Source: Euprymna scolopes
Lineage: Eukaryota
Length of the DNA: 64,000 nucleotides
NCBI GenBank assembly: GCA_053919585.1
Contig: CM132793.1
Strand: one strand, 5' to 3'
This document shows positions 50,521-64,000 of this stretch, piece by piece. The position numbers and the translations under genes are program-made. The notes under the pieces are model-generated. The model searched no databases and was not told the origin of the DNA. It worked only from the letters and a program-made list of their open reading frames with translations. The stretch's first letter is position 1. The number at the start of each line of letters is the position of its first letter.

Positions 50521-52902
50521 ATTTAGTGTATTCTTAGTCTGCTTTGAGCTAAAACATAATCAGGAGAAAAGAAAATGAGAGGCAGAAGAGATTAAATGAG
50601 AACTGTGGCTCGTCACTCTGACGATCTCAGTGGTGTAAAATATTCCCTTAATAAAATTGAAAGAATTAAAAAAAACTATCGTTTGATTAAAATATCACAG
50701 AAATTCATTTGTGAACTTTCTGTAAGTGATTAAATATATTAGAAAAAAGATTCCCTTTATTGATGTTGTCTTAGTAGGATTGCTACTTATAGTATTCGTT
50801 TTGGTTCATTTTAGACTTTTAACTTATTCGTTTTGTGTTGCATTTTGTATTATTTCTCTTATGCTTAGATATATTTTAGTTATATTTTTATTTCTTAGTG
50901 TTTTATTTTTCCAATTATTCGTTTTCTTTAACTTGTTTTACTTATTTCGTTTTTTATTCTTTTACGTTTGCTTTTATTATAATTAGTTTTCCTCCTTCCC
51001 ATTTTTCTATTTATGTGCTCACTTGAAATTCATCAGAAATTATTAACTGGTCGTAAACCATGGAATATTCTGCAATCTGGATAAGTATCCCACGTCTGGT
51101 CTCCGTATTCTGAAAACGTTTGCAATATACTTAGAATTTCGAAAACAGCCGTTTGCCATCGCTTTCTTGCTGGCAGCGACCGGTGATCTTCATGATTTGG
51201 GTGACAATAAGCCTCACTAAGCTTCTAGTTCGCTTTGCACTCTATCGCTTGATGTGTGCGTGTTTCATATTGCTTTTATCAAAAAAGCATTCTTGTTCTC
51301 GTTTATGTGTGCTATCCTGTGGTTCCGTTGTACGTTAGTAACTAGATAAATAGGATGGTAACTTTTTTTCTTTAGATGCAGCCAATCATTTTTATATCTT
51401 TGTAATTTTTGCATTTTTAAAGATTATTAAAAAAAATAGCATATTTGTCTGTAGATACGTTTTCTAGTCCCCCTGACAAAGGAGGGACTTGATCTAGTTA
51501 TTTGCTCCCGTTCGTTTGTTTGCACTTTTTCAGCCATGTCTTATTTTCGAAAATTTGGCAAAACATTAGTCATGATTGAAGTCATTTTTTTTTTTATTCA
51601 GAGCTTTTCAAAGCCTATTTTTACGTAAACCACAGACATAACTTGGCTCACTGCAATCAACACTCCCAACATAGTTTCATCATAATCGATATAGCCAATG
51701 ACAAAATTACAGTATTCGGTCGAAGAATTCCACCTGCGCGTGAGAAGTCCTCGTTTCGTCGATTCATCACAATCATAATTTTTTTCTTGCAGCTTTCAGC
51801 GTATCGTGGCAATACACATCAAGGAAAAGTATTTTTTGCGTAACATGCATCGCACAGGGTATGCTTCATTTTATCGATATTCATCTTCCTTCTTTACTTT
51901 TCACTCTCGAAAATCTTTTTTTTAGAATTAGTCACTTCTAAAGGGGAACCCCGCATGATCGGCTTGTCTATAAGGTGTAATGAGAATTACGATCTGTCCC
52001 TCACGCTTAGGTTCCAGTTTTTGATCGCGATTAATTCTTAACATTTATTTGGTGATTAGTTACGCTATAGTTTGGAATAAAAGTTTTACAATTATTTTGT
52101 TCGTTTGTTTGGAATGCCATAGTTTAATAAATGTTCCTTCTGGCACACATTTGTAAAACGTTAATTTTAGATAGGTACCCGTCTCCAATAAGTTTCGATT
52201 GTTGGCGATTAATTTATTTTTAGGTTTTATTTACCTTTTATTTTACCCTTTAAAATATTTAATTTTAAAAAACATCTGCACAAGTCTATCTCAAACAGTC
52301 GTTTCGTCGGCCTGTCACTTTTAATTACCAAAATAGAATGTTCGATATTCGTCCTCACATCGTGATGTCTGTTTTAAATAACCTTTTTTTGTATACAAGA
52401 TCGTTCGTCGGTTGGTTAGCATTTTTTTCAGTCATGCTTAAGTCAGAATTATTTTCGGTAGCCCACATTTGTATAGGAGCTTTTATTCACGTTTAGTTCA
52501 TCAGTCAAACTTTTTTGTATATTAGAAATTGCATTTTGATTGTAACAAAATAACGTACATTGAATGGGCGCTTCTAATGCTTTGTTGTTTTAGCCTGATC
52601 TTTCATTGGAAAAACGTAGTCTGTGTGCAATATGAGCAGAAGGCAGTAAGGTAAATTATAATTTGCAAAAGTGATTTAATTTTCTCTTTTCTGGCCCGGT
52701 TCATCGTTTTCATAGGTTTGTGCAACTGTTCTATGTTTCGTATTGTTTTATTTGATGTCTCGCCAAGACGTCGACCTTTTGCTTTCTGAACGTTTGCCCA
52801 CCTTTAACAGATATTTGCCGAAGGTATTTCGAGCCAAAATTATTGCGACGTCTTCGCTGGTGAAGAGCGCGTGCGAATAGGAATTTGCATACACACACTG
52901 AA

Positions 52903-52942
<40 letters not shown>

Positions 52943-52974
52943 CAAGATTTATTTTTAATTTTTTTCTTTTTTAT

Positions 52975-53435
52975 TTTTTTTAGTCACCTATTTTCAGTAT
53001 AGAAAAAATGCCTTTCGAAGGGTACGAACATAGTTGCAAATTTCGCAGTCTGATATTAAACCCTTAGGTTGCCATCAATTTACATGAGAAATAATACAAT
53101 TTAAATTCTATAGGTTTAAATGACGGACGGGCAGACGGACACGGATGTAAGACAGATCAACGTAAATACGCACACATGAACGCAACGCGCGGTGAGATAT
53201 GCACACGCGCGCTCAGAGACACGGACGGGCGCGTGCACGCACGCACGCAAGCACACACACACACACACGTAGAGGCGCACACAGACACGCATACAAGCAC
53301 GAAGGGGCATATGCGAACGCATGCATGCACGTACCCACGGAGATACATACACACCATGCAAGTAGTACAGAGCGTACACAATTTTCTGCAAAAAAAAAAC
53401 AATCTATCGATATAAACAAAACAAAAAAAACCTGA
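52975..53435. repeat. DINE/Helentron-like relic with cryptic GACG/ACGC/CA microsatellite
   Basis: GACGGACGGGCAGACGGAC followed by ACGC/CA-rich simple sequence at 53140-53390. This explains the overlapping ORFs there. Confidence 0.5.
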
Positions 53436-54162
53436 TGTAGTATACATAAAGCTAATCGGTAACTAGAGTCCAGTAATAACTGACGATTCATTTTAAATCG
53501 CAAATTTCTACACAGTAATAATTAGCAAAACAATCTCGATAATTAGCAAGCAGAAACGTATATAGTATAGAAAATTAATTTATTTTATGTGTGTGACCCT
53601 GTATGTTTGAGGGGTGGTCTCTAATAAACTATACACTTTTCGTTCTATAGATTTGAAACGTGATATAAAGGAGACTTGAACCTTTGGGGCAAATTTGATT
53701 TTGTTTTAGCCGGTAGAAATAACTACTAACGGGTCAGGATTGCGTCTTGGTTGGCGTAAGTCGAATAAACTATTTTTCTACATGCGCAAATATACATTTG
53801 GTAACGTTAGATTGTTTTTGTATTTCTATGAACTAAGATCAGACTAACAAATAACGCTAGAGAGCAAGGTTTTAGATTCGATTCTAGCTAAGGGCATGGG
53901 TCATTTTGTTACTTTTGTAAACCTTACTATGCATTGGTACAATATAAAGTATTGGCTCTATAATATAGAATTTCCATAAATTGAAATATAATTAAGCGTA
54001 TTTTACGGCCGGTACATCGCTTGGCGGTTCGTGCTATATATTGACTACTACATTATAGCCAATAGCGAAGTGTCTATGAAATCAATCTGAAATCTATTAA
54101 TTTCAATATATTAAAGCGTATTTGACAACCGATTTATGCTCTCAAAACTATGTATTTTGAAA

Positions 54163-54207
<45 letters not shown>

Positions 54208-55589
54208 TTGAAACTCAAGATCAAGATCAAATATGCACATCCCCCCACAACGTGTTAAATGAAATTTTTAATATTAGCTGACATATAATTAACTGTTATG
54301 TCACTATTAACTACTATATAATACGTGCGAGCTGTACTTTTTAGATAACTCAAGATAGATTCTATTATAGGCTAACAATTTATCAGAAAACGCCTTGTAT
54401 AGTCCTATCGAATATTGTCTTTAGAAAAATCAATTAACAGAAACATTTTAAGAATGACGGTAACAATTACCTTTTAAATTAGTGGACATAGTAATATTAA
54501 AATTGCATATAAGTAAGGATACCGATTAATGTATATATAAAAATAGAATTATAAACAGGATTTGTTTAAACCATGGTATAATTCGATGCTAAATTATACG
54601 TGGTAATACATTCTTAAATTTATCGAAAATTCACCTCCCACAAAATATTCAACAATAAGTAGCAAAAAAAAAAATGATTATATTCATATAACAAAATACA
54701 ATACCAGTAATAATAATCATGGAATAACACCATACAAAAATCGTGACGTGTCAATAAGGATGAAAGTAAAATGGAGTGGGAGCAATAACTAGGTCTCCAT
54801 TGGTTGGGTCTGGAGGATAATGGAAGCTTTTGGAGGCTTACTGTCACCCAAATTCCATTGAAGATCAATGCTTGTTACGAAAAATCATTAGTAAGAGGCT
54901 GAGGTAATAACGCTAAGTATTCGCAAAGGTTAATGAAAGGTGTAGAGCTCTGGGCATCTGATTAAACATTCGTCACTCAGACTCTAAGGAATTATTATCG
55001 CCGTGGCATCTCTTATGCCCTGCGTGTGAATAATAGAACTAATAATGGCAATCTTACTATGTATTTTTTGAAGGGCGAACATTCGCCCAATGGAAATAAT
55101 CTACTAGATCAAGACATGCAGCTATTTTGAGATATTGTAATGTATAAATTATTCTTGAGCGAAAAACTAGGTCTCTTTAATTTTTAAACATGTTCTATTT
55201 TATCAGAAGCAAAATAACAATTAACCGTAAACGCATAAGTACACTTAACTATAGAGCTACTAAAATACATAACTTTATATAAGCACCCTGACTTATTAAT
55301 TAAGAAGACAATATATAATAAAAAGCGACGGTTAATTTTTGTCAGTGTGACCTCATCAGTAAAGTTTTTCTTTTAAAATTAAACGCTTAAAATTTGAGAA
55401 GTGCAAATGTCTTTCTGAAACAAAGTTTTGACAAACATTGGCCGATTAATTACATGAGTAGTTAATGAAATCAAAGAATCTGACCGAAAGGAAGAGTAAA
55501 CATTACATGTTAAATAATGCTAGCTAATGTTGTCGAGGTTTCTGATGCATTTAATAGATTTGTTTATAGTACGCCGCCGAAATAGCCTC

Positions 55590-56090
55590 GCCTGCATTCC
55601 AAAAAAACTGAGACCAGTCGCAGACGACCCAACAGTCAGAATGGCTTTCCTTGGTGCAACTTTGGCTTTGAGAAGTGTCGGAGTTTCGTCACCGTCTATC
55701 CACTAAGTTAAGCGTCGCCGGTTGTCGTAAAGTTCCAATTTCTCGTCGCAAGTCACAGCCAGGTCCAGAAACAGGTCGTTCTTGTTGCGTAAGAGAAAAG
55801 ATGACACTTCATAACGGCGATCATTTGGTTGTCGTTCAATTCGTAAGGTATCGATTTATCAAGTGTTTTCTCTCCAATCTCTCAGGTTCTTGGAAATCGT
55901 GGAATACGTTACGTTTGAAGAGCAAGTTCGAACAGCTGAACGACTAAAGCTCTTAATTGATCGTTGTCAACATCTGATTGTCATCTGTGCTCTGCTCACC
56001 TTCAGGACTCGTCGACGCCACGAAATTTCTAAAACCTATTGTACGTTCAGTTGTGGTGCCTGGATCAAACGTTTGTTTAATTTTGAGAGC
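55590..56090 (-). pseudogene. Decayed mariner transposase (cecropia/Hsmar1-like)
   Basis: Minus frames: KFRGVDES..DNDQLRAL, IPYELNDNQ, LLRNKNDLFLDLAVTCDEKLELYDNRRR..W.D.DETP..KPKLH (WVPHEL and TCDEKW..YDN motifs). Stops and frameshifts. Confidence 0.85.
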
Positions 56091-56519
56091 TATTTCAGCT
56101 GCTTTTCTGGCTGGAATGCATTAAGAAAAAAAAATTGTACTATTTTTTCATCTTGTATTTAACATTCTATAAAGACAATTGTTTTAATACTATTGTAATT
56201 TAAACGATTATATCGGGTGAGAAACACTGTTTAAAAATATAGATACAACGAAAACTTATTTGAAAATACATTTGTAATTAAAATTACAAATTCTAGAACT
56301 TTCCTCTTAGCCATATACTTGAACATTTAACCGCGCTGATTCATTTTATGGATAAGTTGGTCATCACCACTGATGGCTACGCCCATTTTTAATAAGAGAA
56401 AATTTGAAAAGCATGGGTTATTAGAATGACTGAACATTAATTATTTTTGACAGGTTAATAAGTTGTCATATTTATCTATTTCTCCATAGTTATTAGAAAA
56501 GATGGGTTGATTGATGAAT

Positions 56520-56872
56520 TGTAGGAAAACGCGTGACTTGCCTAACTAGCACGTGTGAATAATTCAACAGGTCGGTCTTGGAACGAAATGAATGAGGAAA
56601 CACAAATGACTGCCTAATCTCATATGCATGCAATGTTAACACCTGATATGCAGAGGAAATGCTCCTGAATGGAGATAAGAGGGTTGAATTTTCAGAGAGC
56701 ATATTCATTTTAAAATTGTTTTTTGAAGAAGAAAATTCGATCAGCAGAAGTGCTTTCGCAGTTGAGAGAAAGTGGGCTACGTATACAGAAGTTTGGAAGT
56801 GGGTACAACAATGTCAAACTTAACCAAGAAATTGATGCGGAGTGCAGAAGAAATAACACGCGGGTTATTTAA
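56520..56872 (+). repeat. 5' LTR
   Basis: Collinear with 60030-60377, with many substitutions. Confidence 0.88.
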
Positions 56873-59675
56873 TTATGAGCTATTTCTGCTCTCGGTGATC
56901 GGTGACTTAAAAAAAAAACAAGAAAAATGGACAGATTCGACTTTCGCTTAATACCTTAGTTTGACGGATCTACCACTGAACTGTCTGTTGAATGGGTTGA
57001 GAAGGCTTGGAAAATCTGTACTACGACACCCTCGTCCCCTGCCAACCAATAAACATAGGATTGCCGGTCATTGTCGTTAAAATTGAAGATATGCAGTGTT
57101 TGGCACTCGTAACCACGGGTTGTTCCCGGTCTATCGTTAGTACACATCGCTGTCAGATGTGGCGGAAGCAACCAGTCGGCATTATGACCATCAATGGCTT
57201 ATAACGAGCATGTTGTGGTAAAGGGGCAGTCACAATCTGTACTGAGAAGGGTGACAGCCGATGTTGACGGTCTGGTGATGCAAGAAAACCCCGTTTGCCT
57301 ACGACACGTTGACTGGAATTGATGCAATACAAACACTAGGAGGCATAATAACAGCGGTCGGAGGTGTAATGCTGTAAGGGTAAGAAGTATGTGTATCCAT
57401 GTCTATTGAAGAAAATGACTTCTATGCTACATTTGATGACAACGAAAGGCCGTGGACGGCAAAGTGGAAATGGACCATGAGCCAGACACCAGATCGGCTG
57501 TGCAACACCATTTTAGAGTATGCAGTGTCTACCAAGAATAGAGCTTAATATTAAGAACTTCAGACGTGGATTGATAACGGTTGGTTAATACCGAACCCAC
57601 AGGAACGCCTGGGACCACCCACAGGATTAACTCCGCTCATGGCTATTGAAAAGACAAAATTCGGCCCGTAATGGATTACCGAGAATTGAATCAATATGTT
57701 GATGCTTTCACCGGAAAAGCAGATGTGTGCACTGCTAAACTAAGAGTGACATCAAAAAGGGGGTAATATAGCACTGCTGCATTTGAAGACAGCTTACCTT
57801 CAGATTCGTGCCCATAGGTAATTATGGTCATTTCAGACAGTGATAATCAAGGGAAAACGATATTGTTTGACATGTTTAGGTTTGGCTTAAACGTAGCACC
57901 CTTAATAATGACAGCCATTATTATAACTGTTTTGATACAGGATGAGACCACAGCAAAAGCTGCTTCAGCTTATATTGACATCTACGTTAATGAGGATATG
58001 TCCGCAGATGTGGTTCGAATAAAACTGGAATAGTTTCGGTTAATAAGCAAAGACTCTAAGCGCCTAAAGGATGGGGTGCCTGTATTATGCCTAGAGGTCG
58101 GGGAGGTGAGCAAGGCTTCTCGATAGAAGCGAGGGAGCCCGATTCCAGCGTTACCCAGTGTATTGACAAGGCACATTGTGCTTTCTATTTGCGGTAAATT
58201 ACTAGATCTACCAGTCTGTAACAGGAGTATTAAAAAGACGAATAACTGCAGTAACCAAAGAATGGGGCAACATGGTGGATAATGATTCTCTCCAGCAAAT
58301 GATGGCTGAAACGTTGTCCAGAGTACATAGAAAAGACCATGCCCGGGGTGAGTGACAAGTATCCAGAAACGAACTGAATGCATGGGTTGACGCAAGTTCA
58401 CTGGCTACAGATGTGGTGGAACAATAAGGTGCTGTTGTGGAAGATACGTGCTGGCTTCGACCGAAAAATGATGCCCAGCATATAAATTTGGCAAAACTTG
58501 ATGCCACGTAAAAAGGTCTTAATCTTGCATTGGAATGGCAGGCTTAGGTTGTGTATCTGACTCATTGTGTTTACCACTGGTTGACCAACGCCTTGACTGG
58601 AAAGGCTCGAGTCAAGACAAGAGCTACAAGTGAGATGTTAGTACAAAGGAGCTCGCAATAATAAAACGTCTAGTTGACGAATACTGTTTGCAGTTGGACA
58701 TTACCTTAGTTTCGTCGATGCAGTATTTGGCTGATAGCTTGACTAGAGTACCAAAGAGGTGGATTGATGCAATGAGGCAGGGATATGATCGTCAGCAACA
58801 AATATGCGCGACCGTAACAGACCAATTAACACCTGACCAAATCCGTATAATACATCAGCATAGTGGACATCCCGGAATTCGGAGGACCACATATTTTGTC
58901 GGAAGAGTGTCCTGCAACTAAAAGGGCATCAATCAAGACAGCCATACATCGTGCGAAGAGTCAGCGAATTGATTCGGCACCGTCCCAATGCAAAAGGGCA
59001 CCTTGAGGTGAAAGATAACTGGTATCGGGTAAGGATGGATGTAACGCATTATGAGGGCAATCATTTTTGACCTTGAAATTGTGGCCTGACATGTTTCAAT
59101 ATATGTCGGCTGTTGACACAACAGGTTGCATTTTACATTATACGACAGTAGGGAGCAGTCTTTTTTTTAATGTGATGCCGCGCTTGAAATTCTGACTGAT
59201 AACGCCACTATATTTCGATGTCAAGAATTTCAGAAATTCACGCAGGAATGGGGGATTAGAATTATTTACCCATGTGCATATTTACCCGAAGGAAACGGTA
59301 TAGCGGGGCGGTGTCACCGCACCATCAAAATAATTGCGGCCAGGATAGTGCTCTATTCCAGAAGCTGTGTACTGGTGACACCCAAGGACGATGCTACATC
59401 AGCAACTGTAAAAGGAATTGATGTCACACCATATCAAGTGGGTAAAATCCCCCGAATGCTGGGTGTACTGAAAAGGATTGATGGTGTACCACGTCACGTA
59501 AAAAATATCCGCCCCTGTTATACCTCTTCTGATTCTGAAGACAATCACATACAGTTCAGGGATGATTCTGATCGCCTACTGCCCCTTCGGGTGAGAAGAG
59601 AAACACTACCTACTGAACCAGATGAGGGAATGATGGGGCATACTGGTGGGAATAGTGATGAGAAAGAGTGACACG

Positions 59676-60015
59676 AGGAAGTAATACCACCAGTTCCCCA
59701 TCGAAGTACTCGAGATAGACGAATACTGCTCACCCTCCCTGATTGTGAAACACCGCCTATAGCACCACGGGAGGGGATGATGGAAGATACTGAGGAAGAT
59801 GAAACCGGAGAAGTGATGCCTCCGATTCGTCGAAGATGTACCAGACAAAGACGGATACTGCCCCCCTGCCCTGATTGTGAAACACTGCCTATATCCCCAC
59901 GAGAAGTGATAAGGGAACAGACTGGGGGCAATAACGGTGGCAATGAAGAAGTGCGACCCCTGATTCTTCGAAGAAATACCCGACAAAGACGACTGCCCCC
60001 CTGCCCTGTTTGTGG
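59676..60015 (+). repeat. ~130-bp unit triplication in the 3' region of the Gypsy element
   Basis: Three units GAAGT..CC..CGAAG..AC..GA.A.AGACG..TACTGC.C.CC.CCCTG encoding EVxPP..RR.TRQRR.LPPCPxC. Confidence 0.8.
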
Positions 60016-60029
60016 TCATAAGGGGGACA

Positions 60030-60377
60030 TGTAGAGAAACGCGTGACTTGCCTAACTAGCCCATGTTCATAATTCAACGGGCCATCGTGGAACGAAATGA
60101 ATGAAGAAACAAAAGTGGTTGCTTTATCTCTTTATATGCAATGTCACTACCTGATATACAGATGAGATGCTCCTGGTTCGAGATACAAGTGTTGATTTTT
60201 CAGAGAGGATGTTCATTTTTGAAGTTGGATGTGGAAGAAGTTTGATCAGCAGAAGTACTTTTGCAGTTGAGGGAAGGTACGTTACGTATACAGAAGTTTG
60301 GAAGTTTGTACAACAGTGTCAAACTTAACCAAAAAATTGATGTGAAGGGCAGAAGAAATAACACGCGGCTTATTTAA
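60030..60377 (+). repeat. 3' LTR
   Basis: Preceded by PPT ATAAGGGGGACA. Matches the 5' LTR. Confidence 0.88.
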
Positions 60378-60949
60378 TGATAGAAATAAACAAGTGCACT
60401 CGTTTTATTACGACTTAAACGTGAATACATCACAAAGCAGGTTAGTTGTTACATAAAATCATTGAACACTGTCTGTCCGTTTAACTCAACATACTCTTTT
60501 GTATTTTTGTTTTTTTTACTGTGTGACAACATAATACCTATTTCAAAACAACTAACCTTGCACGACTAATAAAAGCCGTTTATTCAGATCACCCATCTTT
60601 TATTAAGCATTTAAATGGCATTAAAGTGTCGGAATTATAAAAACAGTTTATAAAAGATGAAGTTTATTTTCAATTGTTTTATCTTTTTATTACTAACCGA
60701 ATGTTATATCCTTTATTTTTAAATATATATTTTACCTATATACGCACAGCTAACTCATGTGAAATAAAGTTAGCCGCCACCTCGAATACTTATTTTAGTA
60801 TATTGTAAATAAGTAGTTTGATATCCTCAAATCAGTTAAAGAGTTTGGTAGGGTTTTTATAATACGATATAATAGCTTTCTCTTCAATGACTAATAAATC
60901 GGCTTCGTCAGCGTTCACCATTCGGCGGTTCAGTTGGTTCATCGATTCA

Positions 60950-61400
60950 CATTTTATCTGTTTGGAGGAATTTAATGACGCACGTCTATGAGTGGTCGGA
61001 TTAAGATTTCACACCGTCAATATCTGCAGAAGAGAAAAACTATTCAGGCCATGTCATCCATGTAGATAGTGGAATCATTCTACGGCCCCAGAACGTATAT
61101 TGCTCCCGGCGCAATAAACTATCTATTCACGAGTCAAATACGTTCATAGATGGAGTACGTTTGCCACATATGGAGTGGAGCACCAAGCACACCCTGATTT
61201 GATAGTATAGATAACCGTCTTACAAATTTGGTGGGTGAGCTTTCTGCATCCCTTCTGCCTCTCTCTTACTAAGTTACAAGTTCCTCTGTTCTATCGATAT
61301 TTTTATAATAGATTTAAGCTCGGTCGCACCCTGTCTCGTCCCCATAAAACGTTCACAACAAATATTCTCTTAGCTAAAAATATCGCCAACAAAATTCCTG
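60950..61400 (+). mobile_element. Old CR1/L2 fragment
   Basis: SQIRS*MEYVCHIWSGAP at ~61132-61186. Confidence 0.7.
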
Positions 61401-61669
61401 ACTTTTCCGGGCTGAAAACGAAGCAAAAATTCTACAACCGATTTTTTTTTTCATATGACGGTCCGTCTGTGTAACGCAAGAAACTTTATTTGTTTCCCAA
61501 CTGTATATAATATGATAATTTTCAAGTCTAATGTGATAAATATCTATTAGGCCTTCCATTTAGATAACTAGCCAAACTAAGTTTAGCCGTGACGGCTTTT
61601 GTTTCACCCTCCACACATTATACCGTTATCTTAGTGCCCTCCAAGCCTCAATAAATGATCACCTTCAAA

Positions 61670-61728
<59 letters not shown>

Positions 61729-61791
61729 TACAAAGACAAATATTACAAAATCAGGACATCAAATATAAAAATCTCCTCCGCCGCCGCTCTC

Positions 61792-62130
61792 TCTGTGTCT
61801 GCTCTCTGGGACTTTTATTTTCTGTGTCTGCTCTCTGGGACTTTTTTTTTTCTGTGTCTGTTCTCTGGGACTTTTTTTTTTCTGTGTCTGTTCTCTGGGA
61901 CTTTTTTTTTCTGTGTCTGCTCTCTGGGACTTTTTTTTTCTGTGTCTGTTCTCTGGGACTTTTTTTTCTGTGTCTGCTCTCTGGGACTTTTTTTTCTGTG
62001 TCTGCTCTCTGGGACTTTTTTTTCTGTTTCTGCTCTCTGGGACTTTTTTTTCTGTTTCTGCTCTCTGGGACTTTTTTTTCTGTTTCTGCTCTCTGGGACT
62101 TTTTTTTCTGTGTCTGCTCTCTGGGGCTTT
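61792..62130. repeat. Minisatellite, ~11 copies of ~29-31 bp TCTGTGTCTGCTCTCTGGGAC(T)n
   Basis: Direct tandem units that vary in T-run length and at two core positions. Confidence 0.95.
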
Positions 62131-63669
62131 TTCAGCCCCTTACTCGGGGATTTTCTTTTGTTTTACTTCGCGTCTCAACTCACCAAACAACCTTTCACTT
62201 TGCTCCCTAATCTTTTATCTACTTTTTATATATCCTTATAAATTACATTTCCATATATTAAATGATTGAACAATATATTATCGTAGCACAATAGTGTCCC
62301 TCTCTCTACCGCCTCCATTAATAACCCACACTTTCTGTCCATTCGTATATATTCCTATTTTTTCTTTATATTTTTTTTTACTCCCCCAAATTTCTTCAAT
62401 CATTCGTCATCGATTTACGGTTTTTGCATTTCTTCCCATATAAGATTTGTATCTAGATATAATCGTACTATAGCAACAAATAAGCTAGCAAAAAACAAAC
62501 GCCACTAGCCATGTGTGTGTTCCTAAATTAAAGCCGTGCTGTTGAATCATGTAGTTGCACTATGGCAGTAAAGAATTAAATATTCTTCACCACAAACTAT
62601 TTACGGTTCTTGTTTGGTGTTTATCATTTTTGAATGTGTTCATACTCAGTCTTGCACTGTTAGCGCTTCTCCCACGTGCCTTATACTAATGTAATATAAA
62701 GCGATGAGCAATGTCGGCGAAAAGTCGTTTGTTTGTTGTCCCTTGATAATCGAAAGCGTCAGAAAGCGAAATGAAATAACTACAAAATAAATTAAATTTT
62801 ATTTTACTTCCTTCTTTGCAGCTGAGAGAAAATGAGTTTAAATGTAAGACATCTCGTTTCCTTTGCTGAATTCAGATTGCAGTACATTTAACCAGCGCTA
62901 AAAAATAATTCGCTAAGACATTTTTTTTACATATCTGTGCGCACATTATCTTTCGTCCATTTTTGAAGGTATAGGATGTCCTACTCGTAGACGAAATGGA
63001 ATTTTTTTATATTAAATCTGATTTGCTGTTGTGTCGACCTTATAAAAAATACATGCCTGAAAGTCTAAAAAAAATTATTTTCTATCCTTTGCGAATAGAA
63101 TTAAGCTTACAACCGGTGTTTATAGAATAAGGTCATATTCTTCAAAATCACAAGTTTTCATGAGGAATATTGTGAAACTACATAATAAGAACACTAGTTT
63201 AAATGAATCGGTGCTATAATACCTTATGATCACCTTTCAGCATATAAATGCAAGGTCAGTTAAAATAAAATCAATGCGAACCTGCTAGAAAACACCGAAG
63301 CGCAGACAAAGAAGAAAGCATTGAGCAAGTATTTCACTACTTCACATAAGACTTCACAGGAAATTCGGTTTGGTTTTTAACAAGTTAAAATAGCTGCTCC
63401 ATGGTCAAACTTGAAACAAAAATTTGGAAGACTTGAGTCGACTTAATATGTAACTTATATGCTCGTATGATGTAAAGTTCGTTAATACGCAACGTTTTCT
63501 TGTCAATATATCGATAACTCAAACTGTAGCGATTAAGACTGGAAAGCTAAAGATTTGGGTTTCGATCATTTTGATAGCAATAAAGTAACGTTTTGGCATT
63601 GAACCACAAATACTAGGAACCCGTGACTTCTGAAAATGCTAAAACAGTGTAGTAAATAATGGGCAATCA

Positions 63670-64000
63670 ACAATTCCCCCACAAACCAACAATCATGAGG
63701 TTGGTTGCTCAGCAACCGAGAAGGCTAATATGCTTGCCAGTCGGTTTGCCTCCAACTCCACACTGGACCCTGCTAACCACCCCTCCCTGACATTCATTTG
63801 CGGACAGCCGCCACGCAAGACGATCTGATAATCACCCCATTTCAGGTGCATGCTATCATAAAAAAAAACTTGACATTTCAAAAGCTTGTTGACCTGATAT
63901 CATTCCAGTTGTGCTATTGAAAACGTACTCCGCCGAAGTAGCTTCAGTTCTCTCCAAACTTTACAACAAATGCGTTAATGAATCTTGCTTTCCTGCCTGC
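63670..64000 (+). mobile_element. CR1/L2 ORF2 fragment (pre-RT region), runs off the window
   Basis: EKANMLASRFASNSTLD..LDISKAC*PDIIPVVLLK..SVLSKLYNKCVNESCFPAC. Confidence 0.85.

Larger units (their letters stand above)
56520..60377 (+). mobile_element. Decayed Gypsy/Ty3 LTR retrotransposon with both LTRs, gag mostly deleted
   Basis: ~350-bp LTRs start TGTAG..AAACGCGTGACTTGCCTAACTAGC (56520, 60030). PPT AAGGGGGA. Order PR (ALVTTGCSRSIV), RT (IRPVMDYRELN, FGLNVAPLIM), RH (WVDASSLAT), IN (SGHPGIRRT, ILTDNA, PEGNGIA). Confidence 0.92.

Noticed and set aside
52815-52865. Possible minus-strand hammerhead remnant
   Set aside because: The CUGANGA core is absent (AGCGAAGA).
53116-53503. Five overlapping ORFs rich in C/V/H/T/A
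   Set aside because: Products of the ACGC/CA cryptic microsatellite.
61795-62269. Three 118-148 aa Phe/Cys-rich ORFs
   Set aside because: Translations of the minisatellite in all three frames.

Overview
AT-rich eukaryotic DNA, probably from an invertebrate animal. It is mostly intronic or intergenic and dense in transposable elements. I found no prokaryotic-style genes, rRNA, tRNA or CRISPR arrays. Best-supported elements: a young 5'-truncated CR1/L2-group LINE with an open RT frame (42.2-43.6 kb) plus six older fragments; a decayed Gypsy LTR element with both LTRs (56.5-60.4 kb); an internally deleted I/Nimb-type LINE (ORF1 joined to RNase H); a decayed mariner transposase and a matching 73-bp MITE; a 1.3-kb hAT element with a perfect 8-bp TSD; a Merlin-like MITE family; Helitron/DINE-like elements; 5S-derived SINEs; and Penelope-type relics with minimal hammerhead motifs. 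A perfect 90 x 15-bp array at 5.1-6.4 kb explains the long low-complexity ORFs. Most interesting and unverified: (i) a phase-compatible three-exon chain (1060-6599, +) encoding a Cys-rich, possibly NTR/TIMP-like protein, whose last acceptor abuts the array; (ii) a ~340-nt GC-rich, strand-asymmetric structured RNA island nested in a SINE (27.95-28.30 kb); (iii) a putative convergent micro-exon gene (8.2-9.9 kb, -). All alignments and translations were done by eye.
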